From: Phoronis australis | Lineage: Eukaryota; Animalia; Phoronida | Length of the DNA: 64,000 nt | Direction of reading: 5' to 3' | NCBI GenBank assembly: GCA_002633005.1 | Contig: NMRA01000023.1 | Coordinates: forward strand, 982,474 to 1,046,473 | The notes under the pieces: generated by a model | Database searches by the model: none | The model's input: only the letters and a program-made list of their open reading frames with translations | Told to the model about the DNA's origin: nothing | In this document: positions 39,166 through 52,754 of the stretch, piece by piece | Numbering within the stretch: the first letter of the stretch is position 1 | Layout: each line of letters starts with the position of its first letter | Program-made: the position numbers and the translations under genes

Positions 39166-42100
39166 TGTCTCGGTTACATGAGTTCACATCGGTTGTGTAA
39201 CACCACTAATTCGAAGGTTAAAGGCAAGCGGTAATAGTAAACATTGGATTATGAACAATGCAACAAGATTTGGATAAAAATACGTGAAAGTTTTCGTTAC
39301 ATTTGATCTTTAGTTTGACTCTTGCCGTTAACAAGTTGTATTAGATTGGCTGCTTCCCGGACAATACAACGCTGTAGTCATTTTGTAAACGCAGCTACAC
39401 TGTATTTTTGACAGTCTTCGCCCACATTTGATTTTGTTTGTGTAACGCCAAGCTGCATCTTTTGCGTTTTTTAAGTTATTCATGGGTCTCCTATCACGCC
39501 CCCATGGTGATGGGATAGTGAGTTGTTACACCGCCAAGAGCTCTCACTCCGGGGATTTTGTTTTCATAGTATCGACCCTTGCAGCACAGACGCGAAATTC
39601 ACGGTCAAGTATGCCCTAAGCCCACGGACTTCGATGTCTCTAACTTCGAAATTTTACTATGGTTACGATTTCCGCGAACTTAGACGGTGACATCAAACAC
39701 GGAATGACCACTGTTGAGGCCACAGTCAATTGTAGCTTTGCGCATTCCGTTTTCATGTATCGGTGACGTTAAAATCTGGGCTAGTTACGTGTACACGCAG
39801 GCCCTATCAGTTTGTCGTTCACACACATTTTCTATTCAGCAATAGAAATCTCTGTAGAATCAAAAACAATTGGCAACCAGGATTTATTGCGTCAGAAAAC
39901 TTATCACGCCAGGAGAGAATTGTTTTCATGCCCGGAGACTAGGTGATCACCAATTATGCAATGATGATAATTCAGTGTGTACCTATACTTTGGCATCTAT
40001 TGTAAAAAGTGGATTAGACGAAAGAACTTCAACCGCATTTCCAAGATAATATGTATGTCGTCGGCGAGAGGTTGAACACTTAGCCCTTGTTTATACGTGC
40101 AGTACGGACATTATCACTTTGAAGGATCAATGCTTGGGGATGGTGACGTGGGGTCCAGGCTTGAAAAGTTACTGATTTGAACCTGACTTATTAAATTTTC
40201 AGTTCGGTCGTATTTTATTTTGATCCTGAAGTGAAGAAGTTTTGGTCCTCACGTGATAATTTATAGGTGCTGGTGTGAAAAATTTCAGTCTTGACGTGAT
40301 GACTTTTGGACTTGACTTGTTTTTTGGTCTTCTGTGTGAAAACAATCTCAATGTATTGTATTGTTTTAATTCTTGCTAAAGTAAAACTTCTGGTTTTGAG
40401 CCGTATATTGATTTTTGGTCCTGGAGAGTTAACATGTTTTGCTTGGTTTTAATCTTGCATAGAAAATATATGTCGTTAAATGTGTCCACTTAGGCCTTCC
40501 ATAAATGTGGGAGAGCAGGCTGTGTAGCATCGTACTATGCAACTTCTTATATAAATCTAGGTGTTTGTGATATAGTAATACTACGAAAAATGAGTAGTTA
40601 TGACTAGTATGAAAAATGAGTAGTTGTGGCTTCTTTTGAAATATTGTATCCTTTGTTTATGCTTGGTGTAGATGGCTCAGTGTGATATTATGTAAGCCTT
40701 ATTATCCTCTATGGCTTAACAACTATGCATCTTCATTCATGCCTGTAATAGAGGTACTCCCAGTATCATCAAGCATGTGTATGTTTTTATTCTAATGAGG
40801 TGTGCTTCGAATGTACAATTAGTGATCATACTTTTGCAGTGGTTCATAACAAATGGATTCATTAAACCCAGTAAATATTTTTGTCGATCTGCATATTAGG
40901 CATGCAAATTGCATCATACCTCATCAGAGTAAAACTTGTTATCAATCATAGTAGAAACAAGTATTTTTATCATTGCCACAAGACGTTAACAAACGCAGTC
41001 AGTGTCTGTAAGTGTTGTGTCTACATTGCTGATGAATAAACGTCGGTCTAAATCCATTTTATAACACTGATTCATGCCAAAGGTTTGAAATTGCGCCCCC
41101 TTAAGAGTTTGACTTGCCCTGCTGATCACTAGAATCGATGCAATAAACTTTAGTTGTTTTTTAACCTGTGTAATAGAACTGAAAATTGTGTCCGTTTTCG
41201 TTTGCGAGAGTGTTCTTTTTGAATCACTGGGTTAATCACTTTACGCTCTACATGAAAACAGACTACTTTGTTTAAGATTATATGTACCAAGTTACCCCGA
41301 AAATATTATTTTCATGGTTTTACCCCTAGGAGTATACGCGGAACGCCAAGTATTGTGTTCTTACGCCAAAAGGCTAGAAAAGCTCTAGCCTTGTTGCGAA
41401 GCTGTTTACTAAATTAAATATACAAATTTGGGCCGTTGTGGGTAGAAACTGACCGAATAAAATCTTCCTAGAATAATCTAAATTATTTACCAGCGTTGAA
41501 AAAATTGGTTTCCTACAATTATTCTGCTGCTAAAGTTATGGTGTGATCTTTGGCGTCGACTTTCGACGCAATGAAATATTGCGTTACCTATTAGCCAGTT
41601 TTTTCCCAGATTCTTCACTGGGCAATCAAACGTTCTACCTTGAGGTTGCGTAAACGTCACAACAAAAAATTGGTTTCACTTCATTATATGTTTTTGAAAT
41701 TTTGATATCAGTAAACCGAATTTTAGAACAAATTTTGCTGAGATGTTGTCATCATTTAATAGGAGATGTCGAAAACATTTTGGAAGTGGCGCACGTCACG
41801 AATGAACTCTTTTCAAAACGACGACAAACGTTTTTTTCGTTACAAAAGGCAGTGAATTACACAAGAAGATGACGTCGGATGCTTTTCGCTTTTAAAAACG
41901 GCCGTAACGGGCAAGTTGAATGTCAATTGACTTCCAGATTTTGCATTCACTCGCGGGTCTTTAGCTCATGTTGATGTAAGCTTCACGACGAGGTAACGAG
42001 CGAAACTATCCGGGCTGTGTGAAATTTTGAGGTCTGTTTGATCTCAATACAGAGTGACACCTTGCTGTATTTTGAAAATGTCTTCATACAGCTAGCTGAC

Positions 42101-43024
42101 TAGATAGGAAGGCTCTAGCTCCGAAACGATTTTTACTGCGAAAGTGACAACGAATTCAGAATGATGAAGGATGATGGATGACACTATAAACCGATCACAT
42201 TCTTCCGTTTTCATGCGCCCATGATCTTAATGTCGGCGCTAATGTATGTTCAAACCATTGTTTATGTTGTTCCTAAAATAAACTTGGGTTCTATTGCTGT
42301 ACCAACATATTAAGAAATTATACAGAAATAAACAATAATTATCTGTGGTAAAGCGCAATATACAGCGTGATGAAGTGATGATCAAGAGCAATAACGGATG
42401 AGCGCAAGTGCGTGCTCCTTGTTGAGTATACCTCGTCCTGAAAACACTTGAGGTCGTAAAACATCCAGCGTTGTATTTTAATTTTTATGCAATTTACTGT
42501 AAAATTTCAAATTTCGTGCTTGTTTTTTATGGATAATGTACTGTATAAGAAGTCTCATATCTAAAGTTAGAAATTATGCTTCCGCGATATCACTTAATGT
42601 TTGACTTTACCACTCCGTCATTAATTCAACATAAAGTTTTAAGCTGGTGTAATGTCACGCACTTCGTATTTGTAGGTTGATTCGAATTTACCTCCTTTCA
42701 ATAGTTGAACAAAAGTTGATAAACCGATGTCAAGACTGGAGTTGCCACTGGTGAACGAACAGCGAACAGTTAAATGTTTGTTTGGCCAAAGTTCACCCGT
42801 TAAGTCATAAAGTGGTAATTGCCGCCCAAGGACACGCTTAATCCGAAATGGTCCTCTACGCTTGGCGACCACTTAGCCGACCCAAGTGCCGACCACAGAG
42901 GCGACTCAGCAGACGGCTCCTAGCCGACTGTTGTTCGTCGGCTGCTGTTCGGCTAGACGACCGGTCGACGGCCGGTCGTCAACCAATTTCCGACCGGTCG
43001 GACAAAAATTCGTGATTAGTGCTG
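39166..43024 (-). mobile_element. CAGCACA-TIR family copy C (reverse orientation, one terminus lost)
   Basis: ~42540-43024 is the reverse complement of ~24580-25070 and ends GTGCTG-TA. ~39166-39810 is the reverse complement of ~34865-35495. Confidence 0.7.
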
Positions 43025-43289
43025 TACAGCAATAAAACAACGCGACACGGTTGTCACAACCTTTGACATAGCCGGAGTAGAAGGTATATGTTAGCTGTGA
43101 AAACGATACGTTGGGCACAACGACTAACGTGAAGAAAAAATAGGCTAATCATATACACAGTAATGGCTACCGGAAGAACGGGAAGTACGTTTGTACTGAG
43201 GTCTCTCAACAGGGTCCCAAGTACCTAACAATTATGTCAAACCCAGAAATCGCGAAGCATTATATCTGGGTTGTAAACAATTCATAAAT

Positions 43290-43822
43290 TAAACTAATAT
43301 ACATAGAGGTATATACAATTAAGTAGTATCTTATATAAGTATTCGAGACATGCTATTACAAATATATAAAAACAAAAATATGTACAGATTAATGTATGGA
43401 AATCAGATGCAACAATAATAATAAACGGTACATAAAAATTTACTAACGTTGCTTAGGAAGAATTCGTTGAGAACGAGGTCGAGGTTAGGACTACCATTCA
43501 ATAACAATGTAACTCTAGTAGGGATATTATTACAAGAATTGAGAGCGTTAACAATTGATTGGTTTTAATGAGTGCACGAAAGCGTGAGTCTCTCAAGTAT
43601 TCGATGAGGGGACAAGAAAATATGAGGATAAGATGGATGGTCAACACTTTTACAGTTTGGAGAGACATTACTACAGTTGTGCCTGAACTTGTCAGAGTTG
43701 AGAAAAAGACCACATCTTGATCTGCACAATGCTATTTCGTTATCGCAGGGAAGGGATTGAGTCAAGGGTGTTGGGTTATCAAAATTATGAAAAACAGTTC
43801 TAAAATTATTTTTCATACTCGC
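43290..43822 (-). mobile_element. CR1-like LINE 3' fragment, uninterrupted paralog of 1-2550
   Basis: LCRSRCGLFLNSDKFRHNCSNVSPNCK and nucleotide colinearity across the Kolobok insertion site. Confidence 0.75.
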
Positions 43823-45626
43823 AAAAGAGTTGAACTTGGCTCATAAATTTCATGAAACCATATTGCGCACATCTGGGTATGATTCACGCTACCAGTAAAA
43901 TTTTTGTTGAAACATCTGCTTACATACACCTTTTTAGCATACGAAAAGTGGTATATGAAAAGGTGTGGTGTGTATACAGTGGTTTAGACAACTTCCAAAT
44001 ATTCATAAGCATGAGGAGCACCAACGGGACGTAACAGCAGCCTCAAGTTGTTTAAGAACGAAGACCTGTACTGTTAGTTCGGAAATAAACATGTGTTGTG
44101 TCTTGTTACGAGAAAAACTGGCGAACAATGGTGCTCTCAGCTCATAGTCTATTGTTAAAAGCGACAATAAATAATTAAGTAATACTTTATTAAGCTAATT
44201 CACGTTGACAACATTTGAAAAACGTCAACTGTTTCAGGAAATTGACAAATCATCTGAAAACAGTTTCACGAAACAAAAACATCCAGTGCAGAGTGGTGAA
44301 AAGATATACTGGACTACATGTAGTTTGCAGAGGGACCAGATGTACTCTGAGAGTACACAAAAAGGCTGGCTTGGTCCGTCAAGAGACCAAGAGTACACCT
44401 GTGGTTATTATCCCTATAAAAATAGTGGATCTTTCGCTTGACCAAACAGTACTGGCTGAGATAAATAGTTTTACAAAGCACATTTTACTCCGCTCTGTGT
44501 ATGGAAAATTGCACACTTGCTTGAAAACTCAAAATGGTCTCACAGATCGAGTCCTTTAATTGTGCTGCTTCGACTTGACAGGTTTGCATTATCAGCTCAT
44601 TATTATCTGTGTTGTATCTACATCACGAATTTTTGTCCGACCGTTCGGCTAGGAGTCGGCGACCGGCCGTCGACCGGTCGGCAAACTAGCCGACGGGTCG
44701 TCTAATTTTTAGCCGACCGGCAGCCGCCCACAGTGCCGACTCATAAGCCGACCCACCAGCTGACTCTACAGCCAACCTTAATTGCCGACCAACCATCAGC
44801 CGCCTCGCAAGTCGGCTGCTATTTTTGGGCTAGGGTAGCAGTTGCGTAATAGGTTGTCAGGCTGATACCGCTTTGCGTGCAGATGCCGATATTCGTCTCG
44901 GCATAGGGTCAAATAAATTAACCTAGTTTTACTGTGTTTCCATTAGATGAGTTCACATCGGTTGTGCTCATTGACACCACTAATTCGAAAGTTGGAGGCA
45001 AGCGGTAATATTGAACATTGGATTATGGACAGTGCAACAAGTTTTGGATAACAAAATGTTAAAGTTTTATTTACTTTTGATCTTTTGGCTCGTGACATCA
45101 ACAAATTGCATTAGATTGGCTGCTTCCCAGTCACTACAACGCCGTAGTCATTTTGTAAGCGCAGCCATTTTGTACAGTCTTCGTCCAAACTTGTTTTTTG
45201 TTTGTGTTACGCTGAACTGCATCTTTTTGCGTTTTTAAAATTCCTCACGGGCCTCCTATCACGCGCCCCTGATGACGGGATAGTGAATGAGTTGTTGCAC
45301 CAAAGAGATCTTACTTCGGAGATTTTGTTTTCGGCATGGTATTAACCCTTGCAGTAAAGACGCGAAATACACGGAACTTTATGCCCTAATCCCACGGACC
45401 CAGAAGGCTCTAACTTCGAAATCACATGGTTACGATTTCCACGAACTTAGACAGTGAAATCAAACTCGGAATGACCATTGTAGAGGCAACTACCAATTTT
45501 AGCTTTGCGCATTCATGCTATTTTACAAGTGTCGCACGCTAGCGTCACGCGCTAGCGCCGCACGCTTCGCTCAGTCTCGCGCTAACCTTTGCCTAACTTA
45601 CGTGATTCAGTCGACATGCTTTGTGG

Positions 45627-46276
45627 TTATCGCGCACGCGGGCAGAATGGTGAATGTTGGCCAATTCCCCTTTTGTCCACTGACGTCACAAGCATACTTG
45701 CGCCCCCAGTGGAGGCCCTGAGAACTCGTAAATAAACCGAGTTCATGAACCCGGTAGTATCCAGCCTAGCAACAGCCGAGCCAAGCAGACTTGTATTTAT
45801 TGTGGGACGTTGAGTATCGCTTTTTTCTAAAAACATAATGCATGGTTTATAATAATGAATGGTGTATAGTACCAATTAATTATGATTGAAAGATTCCTTT
45901 TTAGTCGAGCGTAAACGAGGCTATTTCGCGTGGGGATAAAACTTTGGCTTTGCCGGCGTGTGTAACACCATAGACTATAGTTGTCTATAATCTATGGTAA
46001 CACAGAAGAACAGTTGGATCGTGTTGCAGGATCGCTAGAATGAATATTCCAATTTTCTTAAATTATTGGAACAATATTGACATGCGACATTATTTAAAAA
46101 ACACACTAAAACATAGCGACTCTGGAAAAATCATAAAAAAACACTTTAACCACAGTCGCCAACATGCTTGTTTACGAGTTCTCAGGGCCTCCACTGGGGG
46201 CGCCAGTATGCTTGTGACGTCAGTGGACAAAAGGGGAATTGGCCAACATTCACCATTCTGCCGCACGCGGTGATAA
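45627..46276. mobile_element. MITE with ~105-bp TIRs
   Basis: GGCAGAATGGTGAATGTTGGCCAATTCCCC..GAGAACTCGTAAA at ~45640-45732 and inverted at ~46170-46262. Confidence 0.8.
45969..45996. mobile_element. P-type excision footprint or micro-MITE
   Basis: CATAGACTATAG-TTGT-CTATAATCTATG with perfect 7-bp direct repeats GTAACAC at 45962-45968 and 45997-46003. Confidence 0.7.
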
Positions 46277-46814
46277 AATTGACGGCAACCAAAAATGTGG
46301 AGTTGTAATTCTTCGCCAAAGTCAACTTAATTCTCGCAACTAAGCTTCATCAAAGATATGTATAGAAGTAGAAAGGACAAATGATGAAAGTAAGCGTTTT
46401 TTTTAAATATGTAGAATGTATTTTTGACGAGGTGAAAACTCGAAATCGGTAACCTAAATCCGGTCACGGCCCGTTTAAAATACACTGAAGTAACGAAATG
46501 AGTACAGAAAGCGAATGGAAGTATTGTAGCCCCTATATGGCCAACCGAGGGGCTACGTGTTGCCTACTAGATGGCCCCGCGTTTGTTTGAATGCGCTAAA
46601 TCTCCCCTTACTCCCAGCTCTCCTAATGTTGTTTATCCATTTTGCAGGTTTGCAGGTGTAATAGATTATGTATTACGACCGCTAGATGGCGTGTTGTTTG
46701 ATGTACACTCTCCTCTGTCTAAAAAATAGATATGAAGTGACCTCCTGGAAAGATGGCTGTTGTGTGTCTTGTGGGCACGGACTCGAATCGAATCGGGAAC
46801 CATCAACATTAACA

Positions 46815-47023
46815 GCAAGGAACACATAAAAACTCAGACTTTTATCTCTCTTGTTGTCCTTGAAGCAGCCAGGAAGACAACAAGTGTATCCGCCGTAAGT
46901 TTTCTTCGCTCTCATACCGCGTATTATGCTTGTTACTATGGCCGCTTTCGGAATCCCGACCACAGCACCCACAATGCACCATTTTAACCTAATTTCGATG
47001 TGGCGTCGCTGCAAATCCGCTAT
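46815..47023 (-). pseudogene. THAP N-terminal relic related to the 29959-30868 element
   Basis: MRAKKTYGGYTCCLPGCFKDNKRDKSLSFYVF. Terminal motif GCTGCAAATCCGCTAT resembles GTTGCAACTCCGCTAT. Confidence 0.65.
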
Positions 47024-47579
47024 CGTAGCCATGCGCATTCCGTTTCCATGGATCGGTGACGGTAAAATCTGCTTTAGTTTCATGAATCAGTTGGTCGTTG
47101 ACGTTGTTCCAAAGACAAATATTTTCTGTCAACAGCATATTGACAAATTGTATAAAGTAAAACAATTTTGAACGGGTAGATGCAAATACGTGGTGAAGAG
47201 GTGTTTGTCTCTACGCGGCATTTGTGCGTGAATCTTTGGTAAAGCGAATGCGATGTCGAAAAAAATGAAAGAAAATATACCAAGGTACACTTTTTTGTGA
47301 AGTAAAGCGTCTGGTGATGTTTATAGCGCATGATCTGGCCTCCTTAGGTAGTAAGTGACGCTGAATGACATCTGGCAACTATGGCTCCAAAATAAAAACA
47401 TTATGCTTGTATTGCACCCCCCACCCTTCTCCCCGATTTCTGCACCTTCTAATGAGTCACCACGCTAGATTTGGTTCAGTTTCAGTCCTAAAATCGCAAA
47501 ATCGTTCTTTTGTGGTCAGCTGTAACAAGTGCCAAGAGTCGACTCCCTGCTGTGGGCAGTCGGTATGGTGTTGTGTTCC

Positions 47580-48360
47580 TCTGCCGTCATCAACTTACAA
47601 CGTATGCTAAATTGTTTGGCAGATTTTTCGAATCATGGGCATGCAAGTAAACTTGAAGAAAAGCAAAGGGATCGCTTTCAGAAATGGTGGCACCCTTAGA
47701 CAAATGGTTCTACAATGGAAGATTGGTTCGACGTCGTGTTTCATTGCGAATACCTTGAATGTTTCATGGTCCAAATCTATTAAAAAATTATCTGGTCAGT
47801 CAAATAAAGCTGTCCCTACAATTTCTAAATTAAAGCGAAGATGTCGTGATTTATCTCCGTCGATTGCCTGTCCTCTTTTTCGATAAAATGGTTTACTCCT
47901 TTTTTGTTATGGCGCTTAGAATTGTAAAATGTAGACACCAAGTTTTGTAAAGGCAATTTAGGAATAACCACTAGTTGTTCTAACTCGGAAGTTATAGGAG
48001 AATCTGGTCCATTCTCATTGTTTACTCAATAATTTGTATGCTGTGTAAAATATTGGTTCAAAATACTGGAGACGCCTAGTAATCGTGAGGTAACGGTAGC
48101 ATATAATATGCTTTTTCAGTCACACTTGATACGAAGATCTTTTTATAATTGGACAAGATTTTTCAAGAAACTTTTGCTTGCGCTGTACACGTTTTTTCAG
48201 ATAAATATATTAATCAGGGTGTGGTGAGCCAAGCGTATTTCTTGATAGTTTTTTCCAGCGTGTCAGTGACTATTTGCAAGGCTGACAATGTGGTATCGAA
48301 AGTAACGCACAATTGTCATACTATGTGAAGTTTAAAACAACATATTGTCTAGAGAATTGT
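47580..48360 (+). mobile_element. Older RTE-X-like LINE fragment
   Basis: INLQRMLNCL..GMQVNLKKSK..FRNGG..CVKYW is homologous to ~17200-18050 (-). Confidence 0.75.
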
Positions 48361-49860
48361 TAGAAATAGTCAATATCCCATGTGTTTTGTCCAGTCTCGG
48401 ACTCGATTGTGATGCCCAAATCATTCGATACTAGTGGAAAAAGGTAGCCATAAAAATATTCCTTATGAAAATAGCAATGTGTAAATAAGTAATTCGGGAT
48501 GTAAAGAGGATTAGTTCCACGTTTTGTAAGTTTGCAGTTCATACCAAGATCTTCGGGTTCAGTGCTTAAGTGGTTGCTTTTGTAATTCTCCCACAATATC
48601 TATAAATTTGAATCGCGGATACCTCTCTCCTAAAACTAGTCCACCATGCTCTCAAGCGTGACATTTTACTATCCGGCCTGTAACTCTCCTGGCAGTGTAC
48701 TTTCTTGTATTATGTTACATTTAGGGCCTATGGCCACATGTATATAGTTCAATAAATATATGTAATTATGAAAATAATTTGATATGAACGTCAAGCAGAT
48801 GCATATTTTAATTCTAATCGCAAGGTGTGTCTTTAGTAACTATACTTCTAAAGCTAATGATTAAAATTGTCAAATTATGTAATGCTTTGAGTTGTGCCAC
48901 CTACTTTACCTGCCTTGCAAGGATTATGGGAACTGGGGATCTGAATATTCCACATACGAAATCGTACCTTACCTATTGCAACTGAAAACCGAAACCAAAT
49001 GAAGCTTGTAAACGATTAAAACTGATGCAACTGAGGTGAACATGTTATTAACCACGGTAGAAGAAATTATTCGCATGGCTGCTACAGGTATAAGACGCTT
49101 AGGAAAGCGAAGAGTTTGTAACTTTTCTGCCAACATTTGGACTCATAAACGTCGCCGGAAACCAGTTTTGTCAAGACATTTGAAATCACGCTTTTTTGAA
49201 ATAGTTAGTAAGTTAAACCCTAACAACCAATCACCCCATAACAACCTAAATTGGTTTTAAAACCTGTGTCGTAGAACTGATTGAATATTGTATGCGTTTC
49301 TGTTTGGCATGGTATTCAGTTTTAATCACTGCGTTGCATTAACCCCTACAAGTAAAAATGGGAAACACGTTGTATTGTATGCTTACTTTCACGATCTCGG
49401 ATGGCTGTAAGTTCGAAACAATAAATTACGATTTTTCCGAAGTCCAAAGTGACATCAAACACGGAATGACAGAGCACGATAGACGCTGCAACCAATCCTA
49501 GTAGACCGGGATCCCAGAGCTATTTTAGGCATGAAAAATAAACCAATTTTTGTTTCCACAGTGATCAATAGGTATCCCAATGCAAGGAAATGGCCACCTG
49601 GAAGGTTCGCTCTGATGGTGGAGTCAAGTTGTCATGTGAATAGAACAAAAATGAGCTAGATCATCTTTTCTGGTAACCACTTAAAAATACCTGTGACACA
49701 TACATGTACTACTCAGTTCACAGTATCAAAATTGTCCACTCCCGTACAATTTCAGTGGCGGAGAACATCAGCCAGAAAGTTTTGATTGGGGCCAAAAGAT
49801 GAGGTAACCACCTGAAACTGGTTAAAAATTATTCAACATAGACCAATGTATCATGAGTGG

Positions 49861-50156
49861 CAGTGGCGGATCTACGGGGGGTTCAGGGGGTTTAAACCCC
49901 CCTTGGGCCAGGAACCAAAATAAAAAAAAACCAGAAACCTCTCCAGCAAAACAAAAATGGCACTCTAGCGTGTGTAAACCCCAAGTAAACCAACTCGGAA
50001 AAAACTGAGGGGGGTTCACTCTGAAAATATATTTTTTTTGCATTGTGAATTGCCGAGTCTTCGTGGCTCCTCGGTAAAACCCGTGGAGATCAATTGTGCG
50101 CGCGCTTCCGTCGACACTTCTGAAGTAGCCAAGCATTTTAGATGGATCCACCACTG
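49861..50156. mobile_element. hAT-like MITE
   Basis: CAGTGGCGGATCTA ... TGGATCCACCACTG termini. No TSD seen. Confidence 0.65.
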
Positions 50157-51764
50157 AAAGAGCAGTTCTATAGCTGATTTCTTTAGGTAACTAGCTTCTT
50201 TACTCTAAGATATGTTTTGATTTGATTAGGGGAAATACTGTGGTGCCGCAACCCTGGTATTCAAGCAAATTTTGCAACGTTTTTGCCTCATCTGTCATGC
50301 CGTGTCATTCTATTACACTCCACACGTTTGTAACTGATGTATAGTAAAGTTGTCTTGCGCAATATCATACAGTGTACATGTACATGTAATATTTTTGAAA
50401 AATTTTCTTTTTCCGAAGAATTGCTATTGTGGTGGGCGCCGTGGTCTGGTCGCGAGTCCATTTGAAGATACACTCTAACAAGTTATGACTATACTGTACA
50501 AGGAATGACCAAGGGGGCACTCACATTGACAAAGTGACCGCATTCGCGAACAGCGTACAGTACCAGAAATTGCGGGGAGGCTGTTCTTTCACAACAAAGT
50601 CGTGTGGGCCTCGTGCGATGTTCAGTAGGCCTCCTAAGGATCCCTAGGTCCGACCTCAACACCTACCGTCCTTCTACCTGCAATAACCACACTGCCGTCT
50701 TCTATACTGGGAATTTTCGTAGAAAGGCCCACCCGATGAAACGCTCATGCCCTTGGGCATTTCTTTGATGATAGTACTTCGGGTTTCAAGCGTACAGACA
50801 TTGGGACGTTCATTTCGAAAATTGCAAGAGATGCAAATAGGTCCTGGGATACATCGTCAAGGTTTGAAGTAGTCCATGATGAACGGATCAAATTTAGTTG
50901 CGCATGTAAGTCTTTAGTATGGACTTGCCAACTGAGCTGCGAAACGAGATGCTGACTGACATTGTAGAGGCTTACAAGCTCATTGACACAGCAGTTGACG
51001 AAGTGCAAGCGTTGTGAACAAGCATCGAAGATATCTGGGTAGAATGGTTCCAAGACCAGCAGAAGATGTATTCGACAGTGCATGTGGCTCATCACATTTT
51101 GCTGTGTTGTGCAATTAGTCATATGTGGTTTAAAATTGTTGATCAAGCATAGCCTAGGTCCAGTTGAGGTAGGGACTACCGGGACTAATAGTTGATTTGT
51201 AATTGAATTGAAAGAATTATTGATGTTATTAAATTTATTTTTATTAAAATAAATAACCGGGCTGGTAATTGAAAATAAAAATCATTTGACCACCAATTCT
51301 TCTTGGTTTTCTTACGTCTAGTTCATATTGTGTTGGGTTCTAAATAGTCAAACTGGACCAAGTTGAATTTCAAAATTAAGGCACCTAATTCGTGCGTCCA
51401 AAGCATAATCTCGTTTTAGAGCTCAATTTCAGTTAACTGGACAGAGCCAGTATATAGTTATCATGCAAATCTGTTTTCTTCACTCGGGCATATTGATTAC
51501 TGTAGGTACTTGATTTTGGCCACAGACCTTGTATACAGTGTATATAAATTCAAATTTCGCATGCGTCTTGTAGCATGTAGATTGAAGAATAATACTGTTT
51601 ACGTAAATTTGTATTCATTGGAGGATTTAGGTGGATCAGGGATCTATATTCACACACCGGAACAACCGAATACCAACAACTCTGACGCATGCGCGGCACA
51701 ACATCAGCGGCAGCGAGATATGAGCTGGCGTCCCATCCCTAGAGTTCTATGGTCTAAGCAATCG

Positions 51765-51895
51765 GTTTCCCGACCCTAGTTCCGACCGCTCATACGAACT
51801 CAGGTGACGACTGCTAGCACGCCGTTGCTAGACATCGTTGACCGGTCCCACCGATTTCCAACCGGTTGGAAACTGAAATTTCGTGATATGTACTG
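51765..51895. mobile_element. Solo terminus related to the CAGCACA-TIR family
   Basis: AAATTTCGTGATATGTACTG-TA preceded by CCGACC/ACCGGT motifs. Confidence 0.5.
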
Positions 51896-52754
51896 TATTA
51901 GCCATCAACGTACACTGTACGTGTTGGCCAAAGAAAATTGGCAGATCCCATTCACGATATGCCTCAAATAACACTGCGCATGCATATTTTTACTGTGACA
52001 TCCATGGCCACGACAACTACTCAAAAATGAGGTACCCGCAGTGAAGTTTCCGCACTTTTTGAGGTCGTTGTCAATATTTTTATCAGAGTTTTAGGACGTG
52101 CAGTTGGTGGGGGAAGGGGTACATTTCTTCATCTACCCCCAAACCCTTCTAAAACGAACTACCCACACAGCCACTGCTCAGAATGAATTCCAATATCCAC
52201 ATGGAAGGAGACTTTTGTGAAATAATGGTTCGAGTAACTTTCGTAATTCTTTGACAGCACCAATGGTCTTAAGAAAGTAGGCTTCAGTTAAGGAATCAAA
52301 AGAGATTGGTAACCTTTCATTATGAATAACAAATCAACTCCATATTATATAACACAGCTTCTTTTACATCAATTTCACGGGTACTCAAAACTTACATGAT
52401 TGGCTTCCGTGATTTCTCTTGACGCCTCTGTGACAGCCTAATAGTTCTACAGAATATCCTTAAGGGAATACTACTATGTATACATCAGGATTACACACGT
52501 TCGTGATCAACTTGGGATGTCTGTTTGCCTTGTAACGTGGTAACGGGGACAATTACTGCAACTAATTGAATCCACGGCTCATGCGGACAAAACAATTGTG
52601 CCATTTACACACATATCGTTGATTTCCTACATTTAGCCCTAAATATATTTGGTAGTTTCCTGTAACGTTACGAGCAAATATTGTCAAAGTGCTTGTTCGT
52701 AACGACAATATTTTGGAGCATAACATTATGGTACGAACAAGTATAAGCCAAGCT

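Larger units (their letters stand above)
44620..47527 (-). mobile_element. CAGCACA-TIR family copy D (partial, interrupted at ~45519-47023)
   Basis: 44620-45518 is the reverse complement of ~28988-29869, and ~47024-47527 of ~28495-29005. Confidence 0.75.

Noticed and set aside
40880-40932. Hammerhead-like motif on the minus strand (CTGATGA-GGTATG..CATGCC)
   Set aside because: The GAAA box is replaced by TAAT, and there is no convincing stem I or III or clear Penelope ORF.
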